A stretch of 64,000 nucleotides of DNA, taken from positions 4,898,001 through 4,962,000 of the forward strand of contig NC_043008.1 in NCBI RefSeq assembly GCF_006345805.1, in the 5' to 3' direction. The DNA is from Octopus sinensis. Its lineage: Eukaryota. Each line of letters begins with the position of its first letter. Position 1 is the first letter of the stretch. Below, one piece after another: positions 12,879 to 25,774 of the stretch. The notes beneath the pieces are model-generated. The model had not been told where the DNA came from and ran no database searches. It worked only from the letters and a program-made list of their open reading frames with translations. The position numbers were made by a program, and so were the translations under genes.

Positions 12879-13960
12879 TCATACAATCTACCTTTCACTC
12901 TGAGCAAGTGGCCCTTTGTCACCAGCAGAGGTAAGAGCTCTCTGAACTTTGCCCATGCTATTCTTATCCAAGCAGCTACATTTTCAGAGCATCCACCCCA
13001 GCTACTGACTTGGTCACCTAGGTAACGGAAGCTATCAATTACTTGTTTTTCCCCCTGGCATGTGATGGAATCTATTTACTACACATTTTCAGTGTTTATT
13101 GCCCCTGAGCATTTGCTACACACAAAAACTATCTTCCTTTGATATTACTGCACCTCTTATGTGTCCATAGCTTATACCAGTTACATCTTTTCTGCAGATC
13201 AAGCAGGGCCATCAATCTGAAGGGATTTGTGGTTTGTCTGCCTTCCTACTAATTAGGACTTTGGTTTTTGCTACATTCTAGACCTTGCTTCCACACCTGA
13301 AACTTCTCTAGTTCTGATAGTGACTCATCTATTAGAGCAAGGTCATCAGCATAGAGGGGCAACCTGTCTTAAATTCTTCTGTTATTGCCTGGAGGACTAT
13401 GATGAATAAGAGGGGGCTGAGGATTGATCCTTGGTGGACCCCTACCCCTACACGGAAGTCTTCACTATACTTGTTGCCAACCCTCACCTGACAGCATCCC
13501 TGTACATGGCTTGTACAGCTCTCACCAACCACACATCTTATCCCTAGTTTCTGCATTGACCACCAGATAAGGGATCAGGGAACCCTGTCAAAGGCTTTCT
13601 CCATGTCAATGAAAGCCAGGTAGAGCAGTTTATCTTTGGCTAGGTATTTCTCCTGCAGCTGTCTCACCAGAAATATAGCATCAGTGGTGCTTTTCCCTGG
13701 CAGAAACCCACACTGCATCTCATCTAAACTGACTCTCTGCCTAATCAGTTGGGCTATGACCCTCTCCGTAACCTTCACTACCTGATCCAACAGCTTGATA
13801 CCTCTGTAATTATTTGCATCTAAAGCGTCACCTTTACCTTTGTAGCCGTTGACTATGGTGCTGCTACACCAGTCATTGGGTATGACTCCTTCATGTATCA
13901 CCTGATACAGGTGACTAGATTTTAGTCGACACTGCCAGATATTTTAAGCATCTCTGTGGT
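12879..13960 (-). mobile_element. Decayed RTE LINE fragment (RT region)
   Basis: NYRGIKLLDQ, FLPGKSTTDAIF, AFIDMEKAFDRVP, GVHQGSILSPLLF; stops and frameshifts. Confidence 0.9.
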
Positions 13961-14216
13961 GATTCTTGATGAGCCAGGGGCTATCCCTGTCTTCATACCC
14001 TTAATTGCTTTCTTACTAATGACTAACACAACATTTTTATGGACAAAAACATTTTCTTAACATACACAAGATTATGTGCATACATAATAACATTTCTAAT
14101 GATGTTGATGTGAGTGATGGTGGATGAGGGACGCTATCTTCTATTTTGTAGTTCATCATCATAGACCATATTTGAGGGATGAAAAACATATTCAAAATTC
14201 TTTGTGCAGATCTTTC

Positions 14217-15830
14217 CCTCTAGGTACCAACCAACCCTTTAGCATTAGTCCTTGCCATCAATTTAAACGGAGTCAGTGGAATTTCTGCATTCATATCTAT
14301 ATACTTGGCTTGCTCCTGTTCTAATAGCATCAGCTTCTTGTTAAATAAACTTTCTCTGTGGGACACTAACAACTCAACCACATCAACGTCTATGACTTTT
14401 TCAAAACCCGACATCATTTGCAAGTGTCATAATATGTGGTAGCGAAGCCAAGAATTGAAACCTTATAACTTTGGTAGCTAGGATCAGACCACATTTAGAT
14501 CGGGTGACATGCTCTAAATATCAACTGATCAGCTTGCAGAAATATCACCCACATCCCCTATGTTATAGATGTTCCAGCGTAATTCATCATCATCGTTTAA
14601 CGTCTACTTTCCATGCTAGCATGGGTTGGATGATTTGAGTGAGGACTGGCGAACCAGATGGCTGTACCAGCTCCAATCTGATCTGGCAGAGTTTCTACAG
14701 ATCAGATTGGAGCCTGGTGCAGCCATCTAGCGTGTTCAAACCAGAGGCAGACAAGGTCGCTATGTTTGCAGACATAGACAACACGTCTTTAAGAACAAAG
14801 TTCCATGGTTGTCGCTCAAGCCTAGGGTAAAGAAATTGTTGACTACGAAGAACAGACTATTTTTCTCAACACTCACATGAAGCTGTTCTTTTCTAACAAC
14901 CAACTACTCCCTACTTCTGGCAGGCATTTGTATAATCACTTTCAGAGTTGGTTTTGGTATGGGATTGCATGCAGCCCAACATGATCATACCAATATATAA
15001 ATAGCCATCAAAATCTACACTGACAATGCAAACTTCCTGCTCAAAGAGAATTCATAAAATCATGGATATCGTCTGACCAAATATTTTTCCAAACACCATT
15101 CAAAGTTGAATGTTTCATCTCATGACTTGGCGATGCTAATCCACAGCATCCATTATGTTGAACTCCCATCAAAAGTTTCTTAACTGTAAATCTAACCTCC
15201 TTGTCAATTGTTTTCATTTGTTGTTTGAAAGTTCTCTCAAATATGCCTTGAAGTTAACTATCACACCTTGGTCCATTATGTTTTGGGGGATTTTTTGCTA
15301 TTTTCACATTGTCACAAAGCTCATTTAAGTCTAAAAGGAGCAACACTTGGTTGGAAATATTATGTCTGGTCTTGTGCTAAAAGTGCTTGCAGACCACTCT
15401 CTGAAAAAGCCCTATGAACCCAAATCAGAGATACATTTTCAGTGATACATAAATAAAGGATTTAAATTTAAATCAGAATGGTATCAACACTGGCAGATTC
15501 ACCTGTGATTTTTTTTATTTTGGATCAATTCAAGAATTTTTTAAACCTTTCAAACTATCCTTTCACTCGCAGAAAATGTTTTTTTTTTCTCTCCAAGTCT
15601 GATCCTCAATTCAAGCACCCAAGAGCTGCCTCTTTTCAAGTATCAGAATAGATCTATGGAAAAAAAAAATCCAAGCAATTAACGGAGTAACTTCTTCAGC
15701 ATCTGACTAATTTTTTTGTCATGCATTGTTCTCATTAACTGTGTTGAGCTTTTGTTTAAGCAATGTGGTAGATTTTTGTCTCTCCTGCATGAAGCTCTTT
15801 TAAAACATCAAGTTTAATATCCGGGTAATC
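14217..15830 (-). mobile_element. Highly decayed pogo/Tigger-like transposase remnants
   Basis: GFEKVIDVDVVELLVSHRESLFNKKLMLLEQEQ (Tigger C-terminal-like); KLDVLK and EKRQLLxxxIEDQ (CENP-B HTH-like) in broken frames; interrupted by an RTE tail at 14580-14730. Confidence 0.45.
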
Positions 15831-17079
15831 TCTTTACAGTTCCTTTTCATACTATCCACTTTAAGTTCTACTTGATGGTTTCCTTTGAGACATCTTCAAT
15901 TGTAGAGAAATCCAACAGTGGCAGTGATCAACAGTCATCCACAACAAATTATGTACTAAAAAAAAAACAGTAGTACCAGGGAAAGTCAAAATTTGCTGTC
16001 TTATTTCAATGAATGTAAGAACGGATATGAGAAGGTGAAAGGGGGGAGGAGGTTCTGTACGATTACAGTTAGTTGAAAGGTTAACAAGGTCATGGCCCAT
16101 TGCACCTCTGATGAACTATAAAAAAGAACTCCACACATACAGATGTAGCTGTACACTAAGCGGGTTACATCGAACGTAGATCACCATCAAGCTGGCTGAA
16201 GAACTAAAACAGAAAAAAAATTCAATTTAATGTTATTCAGCTAAGTTCTGCCAACAGAGTTTGCCCATGACCCTTACATATACACAATAAACAGCAACAT
16301 CGCCTAATTTTATACAACACTTTAACACATTCTGAACGATGATATTGCCATACCCAACCCCAAAGCATTTGACTGATTAAATGCTGGTTTAAACCATATT
16401 TTACCATGCAAAATAAGTTTTTAACCCTTTAGCATTTAAACCAACCATATCCAACCCAAATATTTTAACTGTTTTATGCTCAAAATAGCCAGGTCAGAAC
16501 TCTCATACCTAACTTAAATGTCATTCTAAAAAGCTACCAGATAATACAGGATTAAAATGAAAGTAAAAAATAATTATAAAATAAAAAAAGACAAAAACTA
16601 AGTCACTTGACTTCACTGTTCTTTATTTTTCTTGTTTTAAAATGATATGGTTACGACCATGTTGGAGCAGAACAGCCATCTTTGAGGGCTTTATGTTGTT
16701 CGTTTCACTCAGTATTCCAGTTGAAACCATGCCTCTCCCTCTGATATTGAGAAAGAAGTGTGTCTTTCGATTGCTATCTCAATGAATGAATTAAATAAAT
16801 AAATAGATGCTGATGGGGGGGGGGTATTAATCTTGCTTCTCTTGGTCGGACAATTAATCCACCGTAGCGTTCTCCAGGGGCAACAGGGTTTTCAATACAG
16901 TTTTCAGCAAAACAGTAAGTTAAAAAAATATATAAAAAATTTAACCTGAAAAATAAAAGAAGGAAAATAAGTAAAACAGTACACACAAAAGGCAACCACT
17001 AGGTGGTCATTCAAACTATGAGAAATAACAGCCAATAACCCTCAAATCGCAGAATATCAACTTCAAAAATGGATGTAAA

Positions 17080-17458
17080 TACTCTTTTACTTGTTTGTCA
17101 TTTGACTATGGCCATGCTGAAGCACCGCCTTAAGTCAAGCAAATCAACCCCAGGACTTATTCTTTGTAAGCCTAGTACTTATTCTATCCGTCTCTTTTGC
17201 TGAACTGCTAAGTTACAGGGATGTAAACACACCAGCATCGCTTGTCAAGCAATGTTGGGGAGGGGGGACAAACACAGACACGCAAATATATACATATATA
17301 TACGACGGGCTTCTTTCAGTTTCCGTCTACCAAATCCACTCACAAGGCTTTGGTTGGCCCGAGGCTACAGAAGACACTTGCCCAAGGTGCCACGCAATGG
17401 GACTGAACCCGGAACCATGTGGTTCGTAAGCAAGCTACTTACCACACAACCACTCCTA
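17080..17458 (-). mobile_element. tRNA-derived SINE, near full length
   Basis: Reverse complement of the SINE consensus seen at 56031 (head ggagtgg..gtggtaagtagcttgc, tail gactgaaacaagtaaaagag). Confidence 0.9.
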
Positions 17459-17820
17459 CGATGCAATAGATAGCATCATTTTTCTGAAAGGCCAATGTCT
17501 CTTTTTAATCCTGCCATTGGCCAACTTGTTTATTTTATGCTTCAATATTTTTGCGCTGTTTCTCTCTCTCTGTCTCACACACACACATGGCAGTCCTACA
17601 TGTGTGCACCTCCACTGACTCATAACTTTGAGAAAAATGGATGTTTTTTCATGAAATTTTCTACAAATATGCTTCAGGTAGTGTAGATTCCAATTATATA
17701 GGAATATGTGGTGAAAAAAACAAACTTTTTCCGAGGGTGTGGGGAGGAGTTTTGGAAAATTTCTTTTTTTATTCTTAGTGAACCGTGTGCGGGTGTACTT
17801 GTCCAAGTTTACCTCTTAGA

Positions 17821-18133
17821 TGGAATTAAAGTTGGCAAAATTTGGGTAATTTTAGCCAATCAACAGACAGCGAGGTATTAACATCTTGTTACCATGACAT
17901 CTGCACGTTGTGTTGTGCTGATTCTTCAAACCATCAGATTTACTTCACTCGCATATTTTGTTTTAATAAAAATATGTAGTTATCAATAGAATTTTATTCG
18001 TCAATTATCTTAATATTTTACATATATTTCATTAAGTTTTTCTGTGTTTACATTTGTTGCAATGAATGCCTTTCAGTTTAAACCCAGGTCAGGCCAGAAT
18101 GAGCCACTCTGTATTTTTATTGAAGATGTAAGA
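17821..18133. repeat. Left arm of a ~310-bp inverted repeat
   Basis: Reverse complement of 19350-19664 (tggaattaaagttgg..., ccaggtcaggccagaatgagccactc). Confidence 0.9.
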
Positions 18134-18464
18134 CAACATGTAGGCTGTTATTTCTAGCAAATTGAACAACCACACAGAGACTACCTAATTGGCTCATTCG
18201 ATGATGTCTATAAGTAAGCAAAAACAAAAGGAAATGGATCTTCAAAGCTTTCTACGGCGCTTCTTTGTAACTTCTCCAAGAAAATAACACCTAATTTCTA
18301 AAAAAAAAAAATTATGAAAATGGGAAATATATCCAAAATAAATTACTTCAAAATTTATTTTGGATATATTTCCCATTTTCCTAACTTTTTTTTTACAAGT
18401 AAGCGTCATTTTCTTGGAGAGGTGTGCTTCGAAAGAAGCACCGTTTCTAGGATGATCATTCCAG

Positions 18465-18549
18465 TTGGGCAAGTGTCTTCTACTATAGCCCCGGGCCAAC
18501 CAAAGCCTTGTGAGTGGATTTGGTAGACGGAAACTGAAAGAAGCCTGTC

Positions 18550-18585
<36 letters not shown>

Positions 18586-18785
18586 GTATGTGTTTGTCCA
18601 CCCCCCCAACATCGTTTGACAACCGATGTTGGCGTGTTTACATCCCAGTAACTTAGCGGTCCAGCAAAAGACACCGATAGAATAAGTACTGGGCTTACAA
18701 AGAATAAGTCCAGGGTTCAATTTGCTCGAGTAAAGGTGGTGCTCCAGCATGGCCATAGTCACATGCCTGAAACAAGTAAAAGAAT
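18465..18785 (+). mobile_element. 5'-truncated tRNA-derived SINE
   Basis: ttgggcaagtgtcttctactatagc...(TA)n...gctccagcatggcc...aaacaagtaaaag. Confidence 0.9.
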
Positions 18786-19349
18786 CAAAGAACTGAACTG
18801 GTTACACATTCAACTGCTACTTATTATATCAACCCTGAAAGGATAAAAGGCAAAGTCAACCCAGGTGGAATTTGAACTCAGAGTGGAAAGCATTTTGCCC
18901 AGAATGCTAATGGTTCTGTCAGCTTGTAGTCTTATGGTAACTGGCCGAGGTCCAGGATCTAATTATAGTGTAATTTGGCTGAGTATTCCATAGATATATG
19001 TGACCTTAGTGTAATTCTGGGACAGAATCAGCAGAAGTAAAGATCATGGACTACACCCACTTTAGGATTTCAAAATGTTTTGAAACGCTTTCTTTTTTTT
19101 TGCAGATTCGGAATCTCCGCCATCAATATGTGTTCCCGTAAAAAAAAAAAAATCTCAAACGGGGTGCGGTCCATGATCTTTACCTCCGCCACAGAATCAG
19201 CCTGACACATGATGGACATAGCCAGAATTTCAACTGAATGTTTCTCAACTATTAAGAAAAATACGCCATTCGCTGAATAAATTGTGGAAAATCCTCCCTC
19301 ACAGTATGCTCGAGCATTTTAAAAATGAAGGACACATTAAACAATGCGA

Positions 19350-19664
19350 TCTTACATCTTCAATAAAAATAAAGAGTGGCTCATTCTGGCCTGACCTGGA
19401 TTTAAACTGAAAGGCATTCGTTGCAACGAATGTAAACACAGAAAAACTTGAAATATATGTAAAATATTAAGACACTTAACGAAAAATATCTACAATAAAA
19501 TTCTAATTGATAAATATAAATCTTTAATTAAAACAAAATACGCAGGTGAAGTAAAATCTTGTGGTGTGAAGAATCAACAGAACGTTAGGGTGTCATGGTA
19601 ACAAGCTGTTAATGCTGTCTGTTGATTGGCTAAAATTACCCAAATTTTCCCAACTTTAATTCCA
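19350..19664. repeat. Right arm of a ~310-bp inverted repeat
   Basis: Reverse complement of 17821-18133. Confidence 0.9.
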
Positions 19665-20274
19665 AATACCATCAAATTCTTTAAATTACGAGATAAAGTA
19701 ATTGGGTGATCGTAATCAAAATCAAAGGGGCCTGATTTTGTGAATCAATTTAACTAGATCCGACAAATCTCCCTCAAATAAGACCCTGCAGTCTTAAATG
19801 AAGAAAACGAATCGTTGGACAGTCCATGATATATAAAAGGCGAAAGTGTCACGGATGGTACGCTAACCTTATAGCCAAACCGAGTACAACAGCAGAGTTA
19901 CAAATTGGCCAATATCAGACATGTCTTCTAATTGTTATTTAGCACAGCTCAAATATGATTAGTCATCTAAAAAGCTTTCCAGCCATAGCCATCCAGTCTT
20001 TTGTACAGACATTGTATATGCGTATTTAAATAACCACGTTATCCAGTGTATTTTCGGAAACCAGCTGAAGACGGCAGGGTGGAATTAAAGGGAGATTTGG
20101 CTGCTATTTCTAGCTAGTCGAGCAACCGTGTATGGGCGCCTTTGTTGGCTCGTTTTCTGATTTATTTCATGATTAAAGAAGCCATATGCAACAAACTTGT
20201 TATCAACGCTTCCATAAAGAAACTGTAAGACTTCACATTCCACTGAAACATGTGTGTTTGGAGAGAGAGAGAGA

Positions 20275-20305
20275 GGGGGGCGGGTGGATTGACTTGCGCA
20301 TGTAG
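20275..20305 (+). promoter_or_regulatory. Candidate promoter motifs of the divergent UBIAD1 copy
   Basis: GC-box GGGGCGGG and NRF1-like TGCGCATG about 500 bp upstream of the ATG at 20802, similar to the SUB1 promoter motif. Confidence 0.4.
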
Positions 20306-20801
20306 ATTTGATATATTCACAAACCTGAATGTCTGAAAGAGTTATATTAAGTCACAAGTGATTTTTTTCTTTAAATAAGGCCAATCAAATTAACAGACAC
20401 AAACTGGATTTTATTTAGCAGAGAAAAAAAAGGACTAAACTTCAAGGTTGAACAGTTTTCTTAAGAATTTACGTTTTCCTGATCTACTATTTATAAACCC
20501 TGCATTTCTTCCTGCCAAAGCTTCTTTTATAATTGCTTAATACCACCATTTCGCCTATCTAAAAACCGGCAGCATCTATCTGACATGCAGTGTTTGCTTT
20601 TTAAAAAAGATAAACTAAACTAGAAAAGACTACACTTTGGTACATTATTGTCGCTGCGAAAACGAAAACAACTTTTTTATAAGTAGACATTTCAAAAAAG
20701 GCCTTGACAGAGAATTATATACGAATACTTTATTAACAAAACCACACACGTTACTGTAATTCAAGCGCGAGAACTACTAAAGCATTTCCATTCTGAGAAT
20801 T

Positions 20802-21677
20802 ATGGCGATTTTGAAAGAGCTGTTGCTGTCAGCCCGACCTTGGTCTTTTTCGGCATCTATCGTCCCTAGTATTGTTGGGATAATCCTAACTAACCCCGAC
20901 CACAATCCGAGCATGTGCCTTATTTGTAACACATTATTCACTGTACTTTTAATTCACGCTGCTGGTAACCTGAACAACACCTTCTGCGATTTCATAAATG
21001 GTGTCGATCAGAAAGATTCTACACACGACCCGACCCTGACCGATGCCAAACTGACCAAAGACCAGCTGTTATCATTGCTAGCCGTTTGCTACATCGGCTC
21101 TCTCTTTTCACTCACTTTCACCGTTGTCCATTCCCCGGCTTCACATCTGTCCTTGATTGTTCTGTACAGTCTGGGAGTTGTTAGCAGTTTGATCTACACC
21201 AGTTGGATAGCCCTCAAATACAGGGCACTGGGCGATTTCCTGATCTTCTTAACTTTTGGGCCTTTAGTAACAGAGTTTTCTTACCTCAGCTGCAGCGGTT
21301 TCTTGTCCGGAAGGGCAGCAGTCCTCGTGCTGCCCCTGGCCACCAATGCGGTCGCCATACTCCACGCTAACAACATGAGAGACGAAGCAGCTGACAGGAA
21401 AGCAGCAATTCGCACTCTACCCATGCTACTTGGAAAGCACATTTCTCGCCAGCTGATGATAGGGCTGCTCTTTTCATCTTACATATTTTTTCTACTCATA
21501 ATCGCTTTCACATGTAACCTGCTCTTTGTTTTGCCGGCATTAACTGCATTTACTCTGGTTCCGCTTTACAAACGCATACAGGAATTTGACATGATCGGAC
21601 TTCCTGAGACACTAGCCAAACTTAATTTAGTACAAGGTTTGCTCTACTGTTTCACGCTTCTTTTCTCAAATATTTAA
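20802..21677 (+). CDS. Divergent UBIAD1-family (UbiA/MenA-type) prenyltransferase, copy A, 291 aa, intronless CDS
   Basis: RPWSFSAS, HAAGNLxNTxxDFxxGxD, KYRALGD..LTFGP, LHANNMRDxxxD..A.IRTL, AKLNL; multiple hydrophobic helices; intact ORF. Confidence 0.93.
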   Translation: MAILKELLLSARPWSFSASIVPSIVGIILTNPDHNPSMCLICNTLFTVLLIHAAGNLNNTFCDFINGVDQKDSTHDPTLTDAKLTKDQLLSLLAVCYIGSLFSLTFTVVHSPASHLSLIVLYSLGVVSSLIYTSWIALKYRALGDFLIFLTFGPLVTEFSYLSCSGFLSGRAAVLVLPLATNAVAILHANNMRDEAADRKAAIRTLPMLLGKHISRQLMIGLLFSSYIFFLLIIAFTCNLLFVLPALTAFTLVPLYKRIQEFDMIGLPETLAKLNLVQGLLYCFTLLFSNI

Positions 21678-23130
21678 ACAATTCAACTTAGGGAACCGAA
21701 ATCATATCAGAGAATGTTTCTTTATTTACCTATAAAAAGGTTTACATAGAGGGGACGTTACAAGGAACATGCAGGATACAAACACGCTTCTTATATACAA
21801 TGAAAGGACAGGTGGAATCATATCAGAGAAGCCTACCTTTATGTTGACTAAATGCAAAACAAAAATGAACAGTAGTTAAGAGAAAAAGAAAAAAAACACA
21901 ACTACTTCGTCCGATAATCGTTAAGTGTCCAGAAAAAAAGGTCACTATTTTAGCAAGGAAAACTGAAAACACCTCGCATTGTGTTGTGGCATGACAAGCA
22001 TATTCAATATTTTTAATGTCGATGACTAAAACAAATATTCCAGCCTATATCACGAAGAAGTCAGTTTTTCCAGATTCATAGCTAACAACTTATCAAACAA
22101 ATCACAGACATTAACCATATAAAACACACCTTAAAATATTGTCCGCTTTAAACACAAAAAGAGCTAAAACCGTCACAAAAAAGTGAGCTTAGGTTTAATA
22201 TTTTGTAATGCTTCATTGCACATTGACACAAAAAAGAAAAAGAAAATCCAAAATTCCCCCGAAAAGATGCTAAAAGTGCTTAGGACTTTCTAAAACACAT
22301 ACAAACCTTCAAGGCAAGTGTTTCTTAACTTTATTTCCTGCATTTTCTCCCATCCCGGCTACACACACAAGAAAAGGCAGTTTTGGATACAATTTATTGC
22401 ATGTTATTAGCAGCTTTATTATAATTCAACATTAAAAAAATCAGCGTCAATGAAACTAAATGTTGTAAAAGAAAAATACTATCAAAGAGAGAATAAGATA
22501 TGAAAGAAAGTGTTGCATGCAGCGCTCAGGTGCGCTACAACTAAGAAATATATATATATGTATGTATGTATGTATATGTATGTATATACACACACAAAAT
22601 AAAATTAAAAAGGAAAATAAAAGATTTTCCAACCTAAAATCAATTCTCCATTGGACTCTTTTATCTTTTACTTGTTTCAGTCATTGAACCTCGGCCATGC
22701 TGGGGCAATTTTGAAAGGTTTAGTCGAATAAATCGACCCCAGTACTTTTTCGTTTTTTCTTCTTCTTGAAGCCTGGTTCTTATTCTAACGATCTTTATCC
22801 GAATAAGGTACGGGGGAGTAAACAAACCAACTCCAGTCGCCAAGCGGCCACAAACACGACCAACTCCATTCACAAACATTGGTTGGTCCGAGGTTAAAGT
22901 AGAAGACATTTGCCCCAGGTGCCGCGCAATGAGACCGAACCCAAAACTACAGATGTGGCAAACAAGCTTTCAATATTAATATATGTACAGCTTCTTCTGT
23001 TGTAGACCGAGAATGTTCGTTATAAAACCTGAAGATCATACCAAACCACGCTTTATGCAGACAAATTAAGTTTACGTATTTAAAATGGGTTTTTTTTACA
23101 GACTAAATTTATAATTATAATATAATTGCA

Positions 23131-23495
23131 TTTTACCCTGTTTCAGTCATTAGACTACGGCCATGCTGGAGCACCGCTATGAAGAATTTTAGTCGAACGA
23201 ATCGACCCCAATACTTTGTTTTATTTAAAGGCTGGAACTTATTCTTTCAGTCTCTTTTGCCGAACCGCTAGGTTACGAGGACGCAAACATACCAGCACTG
23301 GTTGTCAAGAAAGGGAGAGGGGCAACACAGACACACACACACATATACGATGGGCTTCTTTCAGTTTCCGTCTACTAAACCCACTCAGAAGGCTTTAGTC
23401 AGCCCGAAGCTTCAACAGAAACCACTTGCCCAAGGTGCCACCGAACCCAGAATCCTGTTTGGGAAGCAAGCTTCTTGTCACACACCCACGCCTGT
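23131..23495 (-). mobile_element. tRNA-derived SINE
   Basis: Matches the SINE consensus in reverse; a further decayed copy lies at about 22660-22970. Confidence 0.8.
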
Positions 23496-23984
23496 TCTTT
23501 TTGTTTTTAAATAATTACTTTTAAGCACCCGAATGATTAAAAATATTATCATGAATAGATTAAAAATTACTGAGAAAGTAATTTATCAGAAACATGAATA
23601 TTTACATAGCACTTTAATGAAGCTTCGATCATTTTAAGATTTCTTTTAAACCCAAAGCAACGGGTTAGGGCTTTGTTACTACAGCAATATGCATATCTAA
23701 TTTAGCTAACTCCATTCAACCCTCAATGAATCTCTAATTTTAGGGGTTCCCAACTTTGTTTTTCTTTGGTTCATTTTACTCCATAGGCAATTTTTTGAAA
23801 TTCAATTTCCCGTTTCTCTGTTTCGTTCAGTAATTTGAATCTAAACGTCTACCATAATGAAACAACAAAGAGAACATTTAAAATACTCTTTTAAAACATC
23901 ACTTACAGTTCAGATAATAAAAAAAACCCAACTAAGATCCTAACAATTTATGAATTAATGATAAATCAATCTTAGGTAAGTGTG

Positions 23985-24345
23985 CCTCCACTACACGACT
24001 TTGTTTCCTCATAACTCAATGGATTTTTTTTTTTACTGAAAGTTTCTACAAATATCTTTCGGATGGTACAGATTGCGATTATATCGCAATTTACTGGTAA
24101 TGTGGAAAAGAAAAGAAAATTAGTGGACGCACACACATAGATACTGATTTTAAGTTTCGTTTTGTAAAATATATGTCGCGGTATGTGTGCGAGCTCTCAA
24201 TTTAAAAAATTTTTTTAAACATGAAATTTCGATATAAGCATAAACTACATCATCTGAGAGGTGTCTGTAGAAAATGTCATTGAAAAGATACTCATTTTTC
24301 GAAAAGTAATGAGGAAACAAAGTCGATGGAGTTACACTTGTGTAG
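23985..24345. mobile_element. MITE-like element
   Basis: cgactttgtttcctcat / atgaggaaacaaagtcg inverted ends; internal module (aaatatctttcggatgg..gattatatcg) recurs near 11380-11570, 17630-17780 and 35940-36600. Confidence 0.6.
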
Positions 24346-24715
24346 GCATGCCTCATAAACTACCCAATGATACACAATACATATTAAATCCAAAGGAGTA
24401 GACAGAAAATTAGGTTAGTATATATTCACAAAATTGTTCCATTTCAAAAAATCTTAAATTCAGAATCAGCGAAAGTCCCCGCTCCAAATAAATTCACGAA
24501 TCTCATTTCGGGAGTCAATGAATGTTATTGTTTTCATCTTTTACTTGTTTTAGTCATGTGACTGTGGCCATGCTGGAGCACCGCCTTTAGTCGAGCAAAT
24601 CGCCCCCCAGGACTTATTCTATCGGTCTCTTTTGCTGAACCGCTAAGTTACGGGTACGTAAACACAGACTCACAAACATACATATATGACGGGCTTCTTT
24701 CAGTTTCCGCCTACC

Positions 24716-25700
24716 TGTCTTGGCTTTCTTGAGAAAATTGTAATTTGTAAGTTTAACGTAGTTTAATTTTTCGAATTTTATCCAATGAATCGCCTCTATT
24801 GAGCTAAAATCAATGTGCTCCGTCTAAAACTGAGACGACATCCTGTCACTTATGTTTACGTAAACAGCTATTTATACAGAATATACGGAAAGCGTGTTTG
24901 TAAAATTATAGAATTATTTTAATTGTTACGCGTGTGTCTAAAATTATTCGTTTTGTTTTTGTTTTGAGTTTTTGCTTTCGTTTGTTTTCTTAATTGTTAA
25001 ATTAAAATTATTTTCCATTGCTTTCGTCATTTTTTTTCTTAATTGTTATTTACTCTTTTACTTGTTTCAGTCATTTGACTGCGGCCATGCTGGAGCATCG
25101 CCTTTAGTCGGGACTTATTGTTTGTAAGCCCAGTACTTATTCTATCGGTCTCTTTTGCCGAACCGCTAAGTGACGGGGACATAAACACACCAGCATCAGT
25201 TGTCAAGCAATGCCAGGGGGACAAACACAGACACACACACTTATATATATATATATATATATACGACAAGCTTCTTTCGGGAATTAGTCGGCCCGGGGCT
25301 ATAGCAGAAGACACTTGCCCAAGATGCCACGCAGTGGGACTGAACCCGGAACCATGTGGTTGGTTAGCAAGCTACTTTCCACACAGACACTCCTGCGCCT
25401 ATGTTATCCTTAAATTAATTTAACAAAAAAAAAAACGAAAGCAAAAACTCAAAACAAAAACAAAACGAATAATTTTAGACACACGCGTAACAATTAAATT
25501 AATTTAACAATTAAGAAAAAAAAAACCGAAAGGCTAAAATTTAGAGTTAGGGTTAGGGTGAGGGTTAGTGACAGGATGTAGTCTCAGTTTTAGACGCAGC
25601 AAATGATTTTAGCTCAAATGAGGCAATCGATTGGTTAAAATTCGAAAAATTAAGCTACGTTAAACTTACAAATTACAATTTTCTCAAGAAAGCCAAGACA
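24716..25700. repeat. Palindromic structure: two inverted copies of a repeat with a SINE in the loop
   Basis: tgtcttggctttcttgagaaaattgtaatttgtaagtttaacgtag at 24716 versus ctacgttaaacttacaaattacaattttctcaagaaagccaagaca ending at 25700; a second matched block at about 24921-25010 / 25410-25500. Confidence 0.85.
25051..25400 (-). mobile_element. tRNA-derived SINE
   Basis: Head and tail both present in reverse, with an internal deletion. Confidence 0.88.
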
Positions 25701-25774
25701 AAAAATGTTTTATTTTGACACAATCTTCCAGTATACGAAGTTTAAAAGAGTTTAGTTAACTAGAAATTGTTTTG

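Noticed and set aside
17252-18762. Short ORFs such as RASFSFRLPNPLTRLW and the recurring FLQLDALPNANH ORFs elsewhere
   Set aside because: These are translations of SINEs and RTE 3'UTRs that recur throughout the window
20802-21677. Horizontally acquired bacterial menA
   Set aside because: Motifs RPWSFSAS and HAAGNLxNT are UBIAD1-type rather than bacterial MenA-type, and a UBIAD1 paralog lies nearby; duplication is simpler (a phylogeny would be decisive)
25546-25568. Interstitial telomere or fusion site
   Set aside because: Only about 3 degenerate TTAGGG units, embedded in a repeat family that carries this motif
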